Shown here piece after piece: positions 11,093 to 24,649 of a stretch of 64,000 nt of DNA. Under the pieces are notes generated by a model that saw nothing but the letters and a program-made list of their open reading frames with translations, was not told the origin of the DNA and searched no databases. A program made the position numbers and the translations under genes. Positions within the stretch are counted from its first letter, which is position 1. Each line of letters opens with the position of its first letter. Origin of the DNA: Auanema rhodensis (Eukaryota; Animalia; Nematoda); NCBI GenBank assembly GCA_964057225.1, contig OZ059900.1:4526001-4590000 (forward strand). Direction: 5' to 3'.

Positions 11093-14000
11093 GATACTTA
11101 GGTGGTATAGCTACCTGTTCACAAAAAATTGGAAGTCTTGGTTACCATGCATCAAATCCTTTAAGATAGTGTTTCTAGACTAATATAACCATGGAGACTT
11201 TATCAAATTTCACAGTATTCTTCTATCTTCAACGGTATCCGAGTTACAAATCAAGATCACTTTCTTTGGATACTTAGGTGGTATAGCTACCTGTTCACAA
11301 AAAATTGGAAGTCCTGGTTACCATGCATCAAACCCATTAAGATAGTGTTTCTAGACTAATATAACCATGGGAAATTCATTTAAGTTCACAGTATTCTTCC
11401 ATCTTTAACGGTATCCGAGTTACAAATCAAGATCACTTTCTTTGGATACTTAGGTGGTATAGCTACCTGTTCACAAAAAATTGGAAGTCCTGGTTACCAT
11501 GCATCAAACCCATTAAGATAGTGTTTCTAGACTAATATAACCATGGGAAATTCATTTAAGTTCACAGTATTCTTCCATCTTTAACGGTATCCGAGTTACA
11601 AATCAAGATCACTTTCTTTGGATACTTAGGTGGTATAGCTACCTGTTCACAAAAAATTGGAAGTCTTGGTTACCATGCATCACATCCTTTGAGATAGTGT
11701 TTCTAGACTAATATGACCATGGGGACTTCATTAAAATTCACAGTATTCTTCCATCTTTAACAGTATCCGAGTTACAAATCAAGATCACTTTCTTTGGATA
11801 CTTAGGTGGTATAGCTACCTGTTCACAAAAAATTGGAAGTCCTGGTTACCATGCATCAAACCCATTAAGATTGTGTTTCTAGACTAATATGACCATGAGA
11901 AATTAATTTAAGTTCACAGTATTCTTCTATCTTTAACGGTATCCGAGTTACAAATCAAGATCACTTTCTTTGGATACTTAGGTGGTATAGCTACCTGTTC
12001 ACAAAAAATTGGAAGTCCTATTTACCCATGCATCAAACACAATACGATAGTGTTTCTAGACTAATATGACCATGGGGAGTTCATTAAAATTAACAGTATT
12101 CTTTTATCTTTAACGGTATCCGAGTTACAAATCAAGATCACTCTCTTTGAATACTTAGGTGGTATAGCTACCTGTTCACAAAAAATTGGAAGTCTTGGTT
12201 ACCATGCATCAAATCCTTTAAGATAGTGTTTCTAGACTAATATAACCATGGAGACTTTATTAAATTTCACAGTATTCTTCTATCTTCAACGGTATCCGAG
12301 TTACAAATCAAGATCACTTTCTTTGGATACTTAGGTGGTATAGCTACCTGTTCACAAAAAATTGGAAGTCGTGGTTACCATGCATCAAACACAATAAGAT
12401 AGTGTTTCTAGACTAATATAACCATGGGGACTTCATTAAAATTAACAGTATTCTTCTATCTTCAACGGTATCCGAGTTACAAATCAAGATCACTTTCTTT
12501 GGATACTTAGGTGGTATAGCTACCTGTTCACAAAAAATTGGAAGTCGTGGTTACCATGCATCAAACACAATAAGATAGTGTTTCTAGACTAATATAACCA
12601 TGGGGACTTCATTAAAATTAACAGTATTCTTCTATCTTCAACGGTATCCGAGTTACAAATCAAGATCACTCTCTTTGGATACTTAGGTGGTATAGCTACC
12701 TGTTCACAAAAAATTGGAAGTCTTGGTTACCATGCATCAAATCCTTTAAGATAGTGTTTCTAGACTAATATAACCATGGAGACTTTATTAAATTTCACAG
12801 TATTCTTCTATCTTCAACGGTATCCGAGTTACAAATCAAGATCACTTTCTTTGGATACTTAGGTGGTATAGCTACCTGTTCACAAAAAATTGGAAGTCGT
12901 GGTTACCATGCATCAAACACAATAAGATAGTGTTTCTAGACTAATATAACCATGGGGACTTCATTAAAATTAACAGTATTCTTCTATCTTCAACGGTATC
13001 CGAGTTACAGATCAAGATCACTTTCTTTGGATACTTAGGTGGTATAGCTACCTGTTCACAAAAAATTGGAAGTCCTGGTTACCATGCATCAAACCCATTA
13101 AGATTGTGTTTCTAGACTAATATGACCATGAGAAATTAATTTAAGTTCACAGTATTCTTCTATCTTTAACGGTATCCGAGTTACAAATCAAGATCACTTT
13201 CTTTGGATACTTAGGTGGTATAGCTACCTGTTCACAAAAAATTGGAAGTCTTGGTTACCATGCATCAAACCCATTAAGATTGTGTTTCTAGACTAATATG
13301 ACCATGATGACTTCATTAAATTTCACAGTATTCTTCTATCTTCAACGGTATCCGAGTTACAAATCAAGATCACTTTCTTTGGATACTTAGGTGGTATAGC
13401 TACCTGTTCACAAAAAATTGGAAGTCCTGGTTACCATGCATCAAACCCATTAAGATTGTGTTTCTAGACTAATATGACCATGATGACTTCATTAAATTTC
13501 ACAGTATTCTTCTATCTTCAACGGTATCCGAGTTACAAATCAAGATCACTTTCTTTGGATACTTAGGTGGTATAGCTACCTGTTCACAAAAAATTGGAAG
13601 TCTTGGTTACCATGCATCAAATCCTTTAAGATAGTGTTTCTAGACTAATATAACCATGGGGACTTCATTAAATTTCACAGTATTCTTCTATCTTCAACGG
13701 TATCCGAGTTACAAATCAAGATCACTTTCTTTGGATACTTAGGTGGTATAGCTACCTGTTCACAAAAAATTGGAAGTCCTGGTTACCATGCATCAAACCC
13801 ATTAAGATTGTGTTTCTAGACTAATATGACCATGATGACTTCATTAAATTTCACAGTATTCTTCTATCTTCAACGGTATCCGAGTTACAAATCAAGATCA
13901 CTTTCTTTGGATACTTAGGTGGTATAGCTACCTGTTCACAAAAAATTGGAAGTCCTGGTTACCATGCATCAAACCCATTAAGATTGTGTTTCTAGACTAA

Positions 14001-17000
14001 TATGACCATGATGACTTCATTAAATTTCACAGTATTCTTCTATCTTCAACGGTATCCGAGTTACAAATCAAGATCACTTTCTTTGGATACTTAGGTGGTA
14101 TAGCTACCTGTTCACAAAAAATTGGAAGTCCTGGTTACCATGCATCAAATCCATTAAGATTGTGTTTCTAGACTAATATGACCATGATGACTTCATTAAA
14201 TTTCACAGTATTCTTTTATCTTTAACGGTATCCGAGTTACAAATCAAGTTCACTTTCTTTGGATACTTAGGTGGTATAGCTACCTGTTCACAAAAAATTG
14301 GAAGTCCTGGTTACCATGCATCAAACCCATTAAGATTGTGTTTCTAGACTAATATGACCATGAGAAATTCATTTAAGTTCACAGTATTCTTCTATCTTTA
14401 ACGGTATCCGAGTTACAAATCAAGATCACTTTCTTTGGATACTTAGGTGGTATAGCTACCTGTTCACAAAAAATTGGAAGTCCTGGTTACCATGCATCAA
14501 ACCCATTAAGATAGTGTTTCTAGACTACTATAACCATGGGAAATTCATTTAAGTTCACAGTATTCTTCCATCTTTAACGGTATCCGAGTTACAAATCAAG
14601 ATCACTTTCTTTGGATACTTAGGTGGTATAGCTACCTGTTCACAAAAAATTGGAAGTCTTGGTTACCATGCATCACATCCTTTGAGATAGTGTTTCTAGA
14701 CTAATATGACCATGGGGACTTCATTAAAATTAACAGTATTCTTCTATCTTCAACGGTATCCGAGTTACAGATCAAGATCACTTTCTTTGGATACTTAGGT
14801 GATATAGCTACCTGTTCACAAAAAATTGGAAGTCCTATTTACCATGCATCAAACACAATACGATAGTGTTTCTAGACTAATATGACCATGGGGACTTCAT
14901 TAAAATTAACAGTATTCTTTTATCTTTAACGGTATCCGAGTTACAAATCAAGATCACTTTCTTTGGATACTTAGGTGGTATAGCTACCTGTTCACAAAAA
15001 ATTGGAAGTCTTGGTTACCATGCATCAAATCCTTTAAGATAGTGTTTCTAGACTAATATAACCATGGGGACTTCATTAAATTTCACAGTATTCTTCTATC
15101 TTCAACGGTATCCGAGTTACAAATCAAGATCACTTTCTTTGGATACTTAGGTGGTATAGCTACCTGTTCACAAAAAATTGGAAGTCCTGGTTACCATGCA
15201 TCAAACCCATTAAGATTGTGTTTCTAGACTAATATGACCATGATGACTTCATTAAATTTCACAGTATTCTTCTATCTTCAACGGTATCCGAGTTACAAAT
15301 CAAGATCACTTTCTTTGGATACTTAGGTGGTATAGCTACCTGTTCACAAAAAATTGGAAGTCTTGGTTACCATGCATCAAATCCTTTAAGATAGTGTTTC
15401 TAGACTAATATAACCATGGGGACTTCATTAAATTTCACAGTATTCTTCTATCTTCAACGGTATCCGAGTTACAAATCAAGATCACTTTCTTTGGATACTT
15501 AGGTGGTATAGCTACCTGTTCACAAAAAATTGGAAGTCCTGGTTACCATGCATCAAACCCATTAAGATTGTGTTTCTAGACTAATATGACCATGATGACT
15601 TCATTAAATTTCACAGTATTCTTCTATCTTCAACGGTATCCGAGTTACAAATCAAGATCACTTTCTTTGGATACTTAGGTGGTATAGCTACCTGTTCACA
15701 AAAAATTGGAAGTCCTGGTTACCATGCATCAAACCCATTAAGATTGTGTTTCTAGACTAATATAACCATGGGGACTTCATTAAATTTCACAGTATTCTTC
15801 TATCTTCAACGGTATCCGAGTTACAAATCAAGATCACTTTCTTTGGATACTTAGGTGGTATAGCTACCTGTTCACAAAAAATTGGAAGTCCTGGTTACCA
15901 TGCATCAAATCCATTAAGATTGTGTTTCTAGACTAATATGACCATGATGACTTCATTAAATTTCACAGTATTCTTTTATCTTTAACGGTATCCGAGTTAC
16001 AAATCAAGATCACTTTCTTTGGATACTTAGGTGGTATAGCTACCTGTTCACAAAAAATTGGAAGTCCTGGTTACCATGCATCAAACCCATTAAGATTGTG
16101 TTTCTAGACTAATATGACCATGAGAAATTCATTTAAGTTCACAGTATTCTTCTATCTTTAACGGTATCCGAGTTACAAATCAAGATCACTTTCTTTGGAT
16201 ACTTAGGTGGTATAGCTACCTGTTCACAAAAAATTGGAAGTCCTGGTTACCATGCATCAAACCCATTAAGATAGTGTTTCTAGACTACTATAACCATGGG
16301 AAATTCATTTAAGTTCACAGTATTCTTCCATCTTTAACGGTATCCGAGTTACAAATCAAGATCACTTTCTTTGGATACTTAGGTGGTATAGCTACCTGTT
16401 CACAAAAAATTGGAAGTCTTGGTTACCATGCATCACATCCTTTGAGATAGTGTTTCTAGACTAATATGACCATGGGGACTTCATTAAAATTAACAGTATT
16501 CTTCTATCTTCAACGGTATCCGAGTTACAGATCAAGATCACTTTCTTTGGATACTTAGGTGATATAGCTACCTGTTCACAAAAAATTGGAAGTCCTATTT
16601 ACCATGCATCAAACACAATACGATAGTGTTTCTAGACTAATATGACCATGGGGACTTCATTAAAATTAACAGTATTCTTTTATCTTTAACGGTATCCGAG
16701 TTACAAATCAAGATCACTTTCTTTGGATACTTAGGTGGTATAGCTACCTGTTCACAAAAAATTGGAAGTCTTGGTTACCATGCATCAAATCCTTTAAGAT
16801 AGTGTTTCTAGACTAATATAACCATGGGGACTTCATTAAATTTCACAGTATTCTTCTATCTTCAACGGTATCCGAGTTACAAATCAAGATCACTTTCTTT
16901 GGATACTTAGGTGGTATAGCTACCTGTTCACAAAAAATTGGAAGTCCTGGTTACCATGCATCAAACCCATTAAGATTGTGTTTCTAGACTAATATGACCA

Positions 17001-20000
17001 TGATGACTTCATTAAATTTCACAGTATTCTTCTATCTTCAACGGTATCCGAGTTACAAATCAAGATCACTTTCTTTGGATACTTAGGTGGTATAGCTACC
17101 TGTTCACAAAAAATTGGAAGTCTTGGTTACCATGCATCAAATCCTTTAAGATAGTGTTTCTAGACTAATATAACCATGGGGACTTCATTAAATTTCACAG
17201 TATTCTTCTATCTTCAACGGTATCCGAGTTACAAATCAAGATCACTTTCTTTGGATACTTAGGTGGTATAGCTACCTGTTCACAAAAAATTGGAAGTCCT
17301 GGTTACCATGCATCAAACCCATTAAGATAGTGTTTCTAGACTACTATAACCATGGGAAATTCATTTAAGTTCACAGTATTCTTCCATCTTTAACGGTATC
17401 CGAGTTACAAATCAAGATCACTTTCTTTGGATACTTAGGTGGTATAGCTACCTGTTCACAAAAAATTGGAAGTCTTGGTTACCATGCATCACATCCTTTG
17501 AGATAGTGTTTCTAGACTAATATGACCATGGGGACTTCATTAAAATTAACAGTATTCTTCTATCTTCAACGGTATCCGAGTTACAGATCAAGATCACTTT
17601 CTTTGGATACTTAGGTGATATAGCTACCTGTTCACAAAAAATTGGAAGTCCTATTTACCATGCATCAAACACAATACGATAGTGTTTCTAGACTAATATG
17701 ACCATGGGGACTTCATTAAAATTAACAGTATTCTTTTATCTTTAACGGTATCCGAGTTACAAATCAAGATCACTTTCTTTGGATACTTAGGTGGTATAGC
17801 TACCTGTTCACAAAAAATTGGAAGTCTTGGTTACCATGCATCAAATCCTTTAAGATAGTGTTTCTAGACTAATATAACCATGGGGACTTCATTAAATTTC
17901 ACAGTATTCTTCTATCTTCAACGGTATCCGAGTTACAAATCAAGATCACTTTCTTTGGATACTTAGGTGGTATAGCTACCTGTTCACAAAAAATTGGAAG
18001 TCCTGGTTACCATGCATCAAACCCATTAAGATTGTGTTTCTAGACTAATATGACCATGATGACTTCATTAAATTTCACAGTATTCTTCTATCTTCAACGG
18101 TATCCGAGTTACAAATCAAGATCACTTTCTTTGGATACTTAGGTGGTATAGCTACCTGTTCACAAAAAATTGGAAGTCTTGGTTACCATGCATCAAATCC
18201 TTTAAGATAGTGTTTCTAGACTAATATAACCATGGGGACTTCATTAAATTTCACAGTATTCTTCTATCTTCAACGGTATCCGAGTTACAAATCAAGATCA
18301 CTTTCTTTGGATACTTAGGTGGTATAGCTACCTGTTCACAAAAAATTGGAAGTCCTGGTTACCATGCATCAAACCCATTAAGATTGTGTTTCTAGACTAA
18401 TATGACCATGATGACTTCATTAAATTTCACAGTATTCTTCTATCTTCAACGGTATCCGAGTTACAAATCAAGATCACTTTCTTTGGATACTTAGGTGGTA
18501 TAGCTACCTGTTCACAAAAAATTGGAAGTCCTGGTTACCATGCATCAAACCCATTAAGATTGTGTTTCTAGACTAATATAACCATGGGGACTTCATTAAA
18601 TTTCACAGTATTCTTCTATCTTTAACGGTATCCGAGTTACAAATCAAGATCACTTTCTTTGGATACTTAGGTGGTATAGCTACCTGTTCACAAAAAATTG
18701 GAAGTCCTGGTTACCATGCATCAAACCCATTAAGATAGTGTTTCTAGACTAATATAACCATGGGGACTTCATTAAAATTAACAGTATTCTTCTATCTTCA
18801 ACGGTATCCGAGTTACAAATCAAGATCACTTTCTTTGGATACTTAGGTGGTTTAGCTACCTGTTCACAAAAAATTGGAAGTCCTGGTTACCATGCATCAA
18901 ACCCATTAAGATAGTGTTTCTAGACTAATATAACCATGGGGACTTCATTAAAATTAACAGTATTCTTCTATCTTCAACGGTATCCGAGTTACAAATCAAG
19001 ATCACTTTCTTTGGATACTTAGGTGGTATAGCTACCTGTTCACAAAAAATTGGAAGTCCTATTTACCATGCATCAAACACAATACGCTAGTGTTTCTAGA
19101 CTAAAATGACCATGGGGATTTCATTAAAATTAACAGTATTCTTTTATCTTTAACGGTATCCGAGTTACAAATCAAGATCACTCTCTTTGGATACTTAGGT
19201 GGTATAGCTACCTGTTCACAAAAAATTGGAAGTCCTGGTTACCATGCATCAAACCCATTAAGATTGTGTTTCTAGACTAATATGACCATGGGAAATTCAT
19301 TTAAGTTCACAGTATTCTTCCATCTTTAACGGTATCCGAGTTACAAATCAAGATCACTTTCTTTGGATACTTAGGTGGTATAGCTACCTGTTCACAAAAA
19401 ATTGGAAGTCTTGGTTACCATGCATCACATCCTTTGAGATAGTGTTTCTAGACTAATATGACCATGGGGACTTCATTAAAATTCACAGTATTCTTCCATC
19501 TTTAACGGTATCCGAGTTACAAATCAAGATCACTTTCTTTGGATACTTAGGTGGTATAGCTACCTGTTCACAAAAAATTGGAAGTCCTGGTTACCATGCA
19601 TCAAACCCATTAAGATTGTGTTTCTAGACTAATATGACCATGAGAAATTAATTTAAGTTCACAGTATTCTTCTATCTTTAACGGTATCCGAGTTACAAAT
19701 CAAGATCACTTTCTTTGGATACTTAGGTGGTATAGCTACCTGTTCACAAAAAATTGGAAGTCCTATTTACCCATGCATCAAACACAATACGATAGTGTTT
19801 CTAGACTAATATGACCATGGGGAGTTCATTAAAATTAACAGTATTCTTTTATCTTTAACGGTATCCGAGTTACAAATCAAGATCACTCTCTTTGGATACT
19901 TAGGTGGTATAGCTACCTGTTCACAAAAAATTGGAAGTCTTGGTTACCATGCATCAAATCCTTTAAGATAGTGTTTCTAGACTAATATAACCATGGAGAC

Positions 20001-23000
20001 TTCATTAAATTTCACAGTATTCTTCTATCTTCAACGGTATCCGAGTTACAAATCAAGATCACTTTCTTTGGATACTTAGGTGGTATAGCTACCTGTTCAC
20101 AAAAAATTGGAAGTCGTGGTTACCATGCATCAAACACAATAAGATAGTGTTTCTAGACTAATATAACCATGGGGACTTCATTAAAATTAACAGTATTCTT
20201 CTATCTTCAACGGTATCCGAGTTACAGATCAAGATCACTTTCTTTGGATACTTAGGTGATATAGCTACCTGTTCACAAAAAATTGGAAGTCCTATTTACC
20301 ATGCATCAAACACAATACGATAGTGTTTCTAGACTAATATGACCATGGGGACTTCATTAAAATTAACAGTATTCTTTTATCTTTAACGGTATCCGAGTTA
20401 CAAATCAAGATCACTTTCTTTGGATACTTAGGTGGTATAGCTACCTGTTCACAAAAAATTGGAAGTCTTGGTTACCATGCATCAAATCCTTTAAGATAGT
20501 GTTTCTAGACTAATATAACCATGGGGACTTCATTAAATTTCACAGTGTTCTTCTATCTTCAACGGTATCCGAGTTACAAATCAAGATCACTTTCTTTGGA
20601 TACTTAGGTGGTATAGCTACCTGTTCACAAAAAATTGGAAGTCCTGGTTACCATGCATCAAACCCATTAAGATTGTGTTTCTAGACTAATATGACCATGA
20701 TGACTTCATTAAATTTCACAGTATTCTTCTATCTTCAACGGTATCCGAGTTACAAATCAAGATCACTTTCTTTGGATACTTAGGTGGTATAGCTACCTGT
20801 TCACAAAAAATTGGAAGTCTTGGTTACCATGCATCAAATCCTTTAAGATAGTGTTTCTAGACTAATATAACCATGGGGACTTCATTAAATTTCACAGTAT
20901 TCTTCTATCTTCAACGGTATCCGAGTTACAAATCAAGATCACTTTCTTTGGATACTTAGGTGGTATAGCTACCTGTTCACAAAAAATTGGAAGTCCTGGT
21001 TACCATGCATCAAACCCATTAAGATTGTGTTTCTAGACTAATATGACCATGATGACTTCATTAAATTTCACAGTATTCTTCTATCTTCAACGGTATCCGA
21101 GTTACAAATCAAGATCACTTTCTTTGGATACTTAGGTGGTATAGCTACCTGTTCACAAAAAATTGGAAGTCCTGGTTACCATGCATCAAACCCATTAAGA
21201 TTGTGTTTCTAGACTAATATGACCATGAGAAATTCATTTAAGTTCACAGTATTCTTCTATCTTTAACGGTATCCGAGTTACAAATCAAGATCACTTTCTT
21301 TGGATACTTAGGTGGTATAGCTACCTGTTCACAAAAAATTGGAAGTCCTGGTTACCATGCATCAAACCCATTAAGATTGTGTTTCTAGACTAATATGACC
21401 ATGAGAAATTCATTTAAGTTCACAGTAAGTTTTCTATCTTTAACGGTATCCGAGTTACAAATCAAGATCACTTTCTTTGGATACTTAGGTGGTATAGCTA
21501 CCTGTTCACAAAAAATTGGAAGTCCTGGTTACCATGCATCGAACCCATTAAGATTGTGTTTCTAGACTAATATGACCATGGGAAATTCATTTAAGTTCAC
21601 AGTAGTCTTCTATCTTTAACGGTATCCAAGTTACAAATCAAGATCACTTTCTTTGGATACTTAGGTGGTATAGCTACCTGTTCACAAAAAATTGGAAGTC
21701 TTGGTTACCATGCATCAAATCCTTTAAGATAGTGTTTCTAGACTAATATAACCATGGGGACTTCATTAAACTTCACAGTATTCTTTTATCTTTAACGGTA
21801 TCCGAGTTACAAATCAAGATCACTTTCTTTGGATACTTAGGTGGTATAGCTACCTGTTCACAAAAAATTGGAAGTCCTGGTTACCATGCATCAAACCCAT
21901 TAAGATTGTGTTTCTAGACTAATATGACCATGAGAAATTCATTTAAGTTCACAGTATTCTTCTATCTTTAACGGTATCCGAGTTACAAATCAAGATCACT
22001 TTCTTTGGATACTTAGGTGGTATAGCTACCTGTTCACAAAAAATTGGAAGTCTTGGTTACCATGCATCAAATCCTTTAAGATAGTGTTTCTAGACTAATA
22101 TAACCATGGAGACTTTATTAAATTTCACAGTATTCTTCTATCTTCAACGGTATCCGAGTTACAAATCAAGATCACTTTCTTTGGATACTTAGGTGGTATA
22201 GCTACCTGTTCACAAAAAATTGGAAGTCCTGGTTACCATGCATCAAACACAATACGATAGTGTTTCTAGACTAATATGACCATGGGGAGTTCATTAAAAT
22301 TAACAGTATTCTTTTATCTTTAACGGTATCCGAGTTACAAATCAAGATCACTCTCTTTGGATACTTAGGTGGTATAGCTACCTGTTCACAAAAAATTGGA
22401 AGTCTTGGTTACCATGCATCAAATCCTTTAAGATAGTGTTTCTAGACTAATATAACCATGGGAAATTCATTTAAGTTCACAGTATTCTTCCATCTTTAAC
22501 GGTATCCGAGTTACAAATCAAGATCACTTTCTTTGGATACTTAGGTGGTATAGCTACCTGTTCACAAAAAATTGGAAGTCCTGGTTACCATGCATCAAAC
22601 CCATTAAGATAGTGTTTCTAGACTAATATAACCATGGGAAATTCATTTAAGTTCACAGTATTCTTCCATCTTTAACGGTATCCGAGTTACAAATCAAGAT
22701 CACTTTCTTTGGATACTTAGGTGGTATAGCTACCTGTTCACAAAAAATTGGAAGTCTTGGTTACCATGCATCACATCCTTTGAGATAGTGTTTCTAGACT
22801 AATATGACCATGGGGACTTCATTAAAATTCACAGTATTCTTCCATCTTTAACAGTATCCGAGTTACAAATCAAGATCACTTTCTTTGGATACTTAGGTGG
22901 TATAGCTACCTGTTCACAAAAAATTGGAAGTCCTGGTTACCATGCATCAAACCCATTAAGATTGTGTTTCTAGACTAATATGACCATGAGAAATTAATTT

Positions 23001-23592
23001 AAGTTCACAGTATTCTTCTATCTTTAACGGTATCCGAGTTACAAATCAAGATCACTTTCTTTGGATACTTAGGTGGTATAGCTACCTGTTCACAAAAAAT
23101 TGGAAGTCCTATTTACCCATGCATCAAACACAATACGATAGTGTTTCTAGACTAATATGACCATGGGGAGTTCATTAAAATTAACAGTATTCTTTTATCT
23201 TTAACGGTATCCGAGTTACAAATCAAGATCACTCTCTTTGGATACTTAGGTGGTATAGCTACCTGTTCACAAAAAATTGGAAGTCTTGGTTACCATGCAT
23301 CAAATCCTTTAAGATAGTGTTTCTAGACTAATATAACCATGGAGACTTTATTAAATTTCACAGTATTCTTCTATCTTCAACGGTATCCGAGTTACAAATC
23401 AAGATCACTTTCTTTGGATACTTAGGTGGTATAGCTACCTGTTCACAAAAAATTGGAAGTCGTGGTTACCATGCATCAAACACAATAAGATAGTGTTTCT
23501 AGACTAATATAACCATGGGGACTTCATTAAAATTAACAGTATTCTTCTATCTTCAACGGTATCCGAGTTACAGATCAAGATCACTTTCTTTG
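8980..23592. repeat. Long-range duplication, 8980-12501 vs 20247-23592 (shift 11267 = 64 monomers; the second copy is one monomer shorter)
   Basis: Private CAGTGTTC (monomers at 9156 and 20423) and TAAGTTTTCT (10159 and 21426) are the same distance apart, with the same type order. The D'+E pair at 11093/11269 is fused into one chimeric monomer at 22360. Confidence 0.8.
14086..18309. repeat. Nested 10-monomer (1760-bp) and 6-monomer (1056-bp) tandem duplications
   Basis: The AAATCCATT monomer occurs at 14086 and 15846. E(CTACT)-F-G-D-A-D starts at 14438, 16198 and 17254. Confidence 0.85.
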
Positions 23593-24649
23593 GATACTTA
23601 GGTGGTATAGCTACCTGTTCACAAAAAATTGGAAGTCCTGGTTACCATGCATCAAACCCATTAAGATTGTGTTTCTAGACTAATATGACCATGAGAAATT
23701 AATTTAAGTTCACAGTATTCTTCTATCTTTAACGGTATCCGAGTTACAAATCAAGATCACTTTCTTTGGATACTTAGGTGGTATAGCTACCTGTTCACAA
23801 AAAATTGGAAGTCCTATTTACCCATGCATCAAACACAATACGATAGTGTTTCTAGACTAATATGACCATGGGGAGTTCATTAAAATTAACAGTATTCTTT
23901 TATCTTTAACGGTATCCGAGTTACAAATCAAGATCACTCTCTTTGGATACTTAGGTGGTATAGCTAGCTGTTCACAAAAAATTGGAAGTCTTGGTTACCA
24001 TGCATCAAATCCTTTAAGATAGTGTTTCTAGACTAATATAACCATGGAGACTTCATTAAATTTCACAGTATTCTTCTATCTTCAACGGTATCCGAGTTAC
24101 AAATCAAGATCACTTTCTTTGGATACTTAGGTGGTATAGCTACCTGTTCACAAAAAATTGGAAGTCGTGGTTACCATGCATCAAACACAATAAGATAGTG
24201 TTTCTAGACTAATATAACCATGGGGACTTCATTAAAATTAACAGTATTCTTCTATCTTCAACGGTATCCGAGTTACAGATCAAGATCACTTTCTTTGGAT
24301 ACTTAGGTGATATAGCTACCTGTTCACAAAAAATTGGAAGTCCTATTTACCATGCATCAAACACAATACGATAGTGTTTCTAGACTAATATGACCATGGG
24401 GACTTCATTAAAATTAACAGTATTCTTTTATCTTTAACGGTATCCGAGTTACAAATCAAGATCACTTTCTTTGGATACTTAGGTGGTATAGCTACCTGTT
24501 CACAAAAAATTGGAAGTCTTGGTTACCATGCATCAAACCCATTAAGATTGTGTTTCTAGACTAATATGACCATGATGACTTCATTAAATTTCACAGTATT
24601 CTTCTATCTTCAACGGTATCCGAGTTACAAATCAAGATCACTTTCTTTG

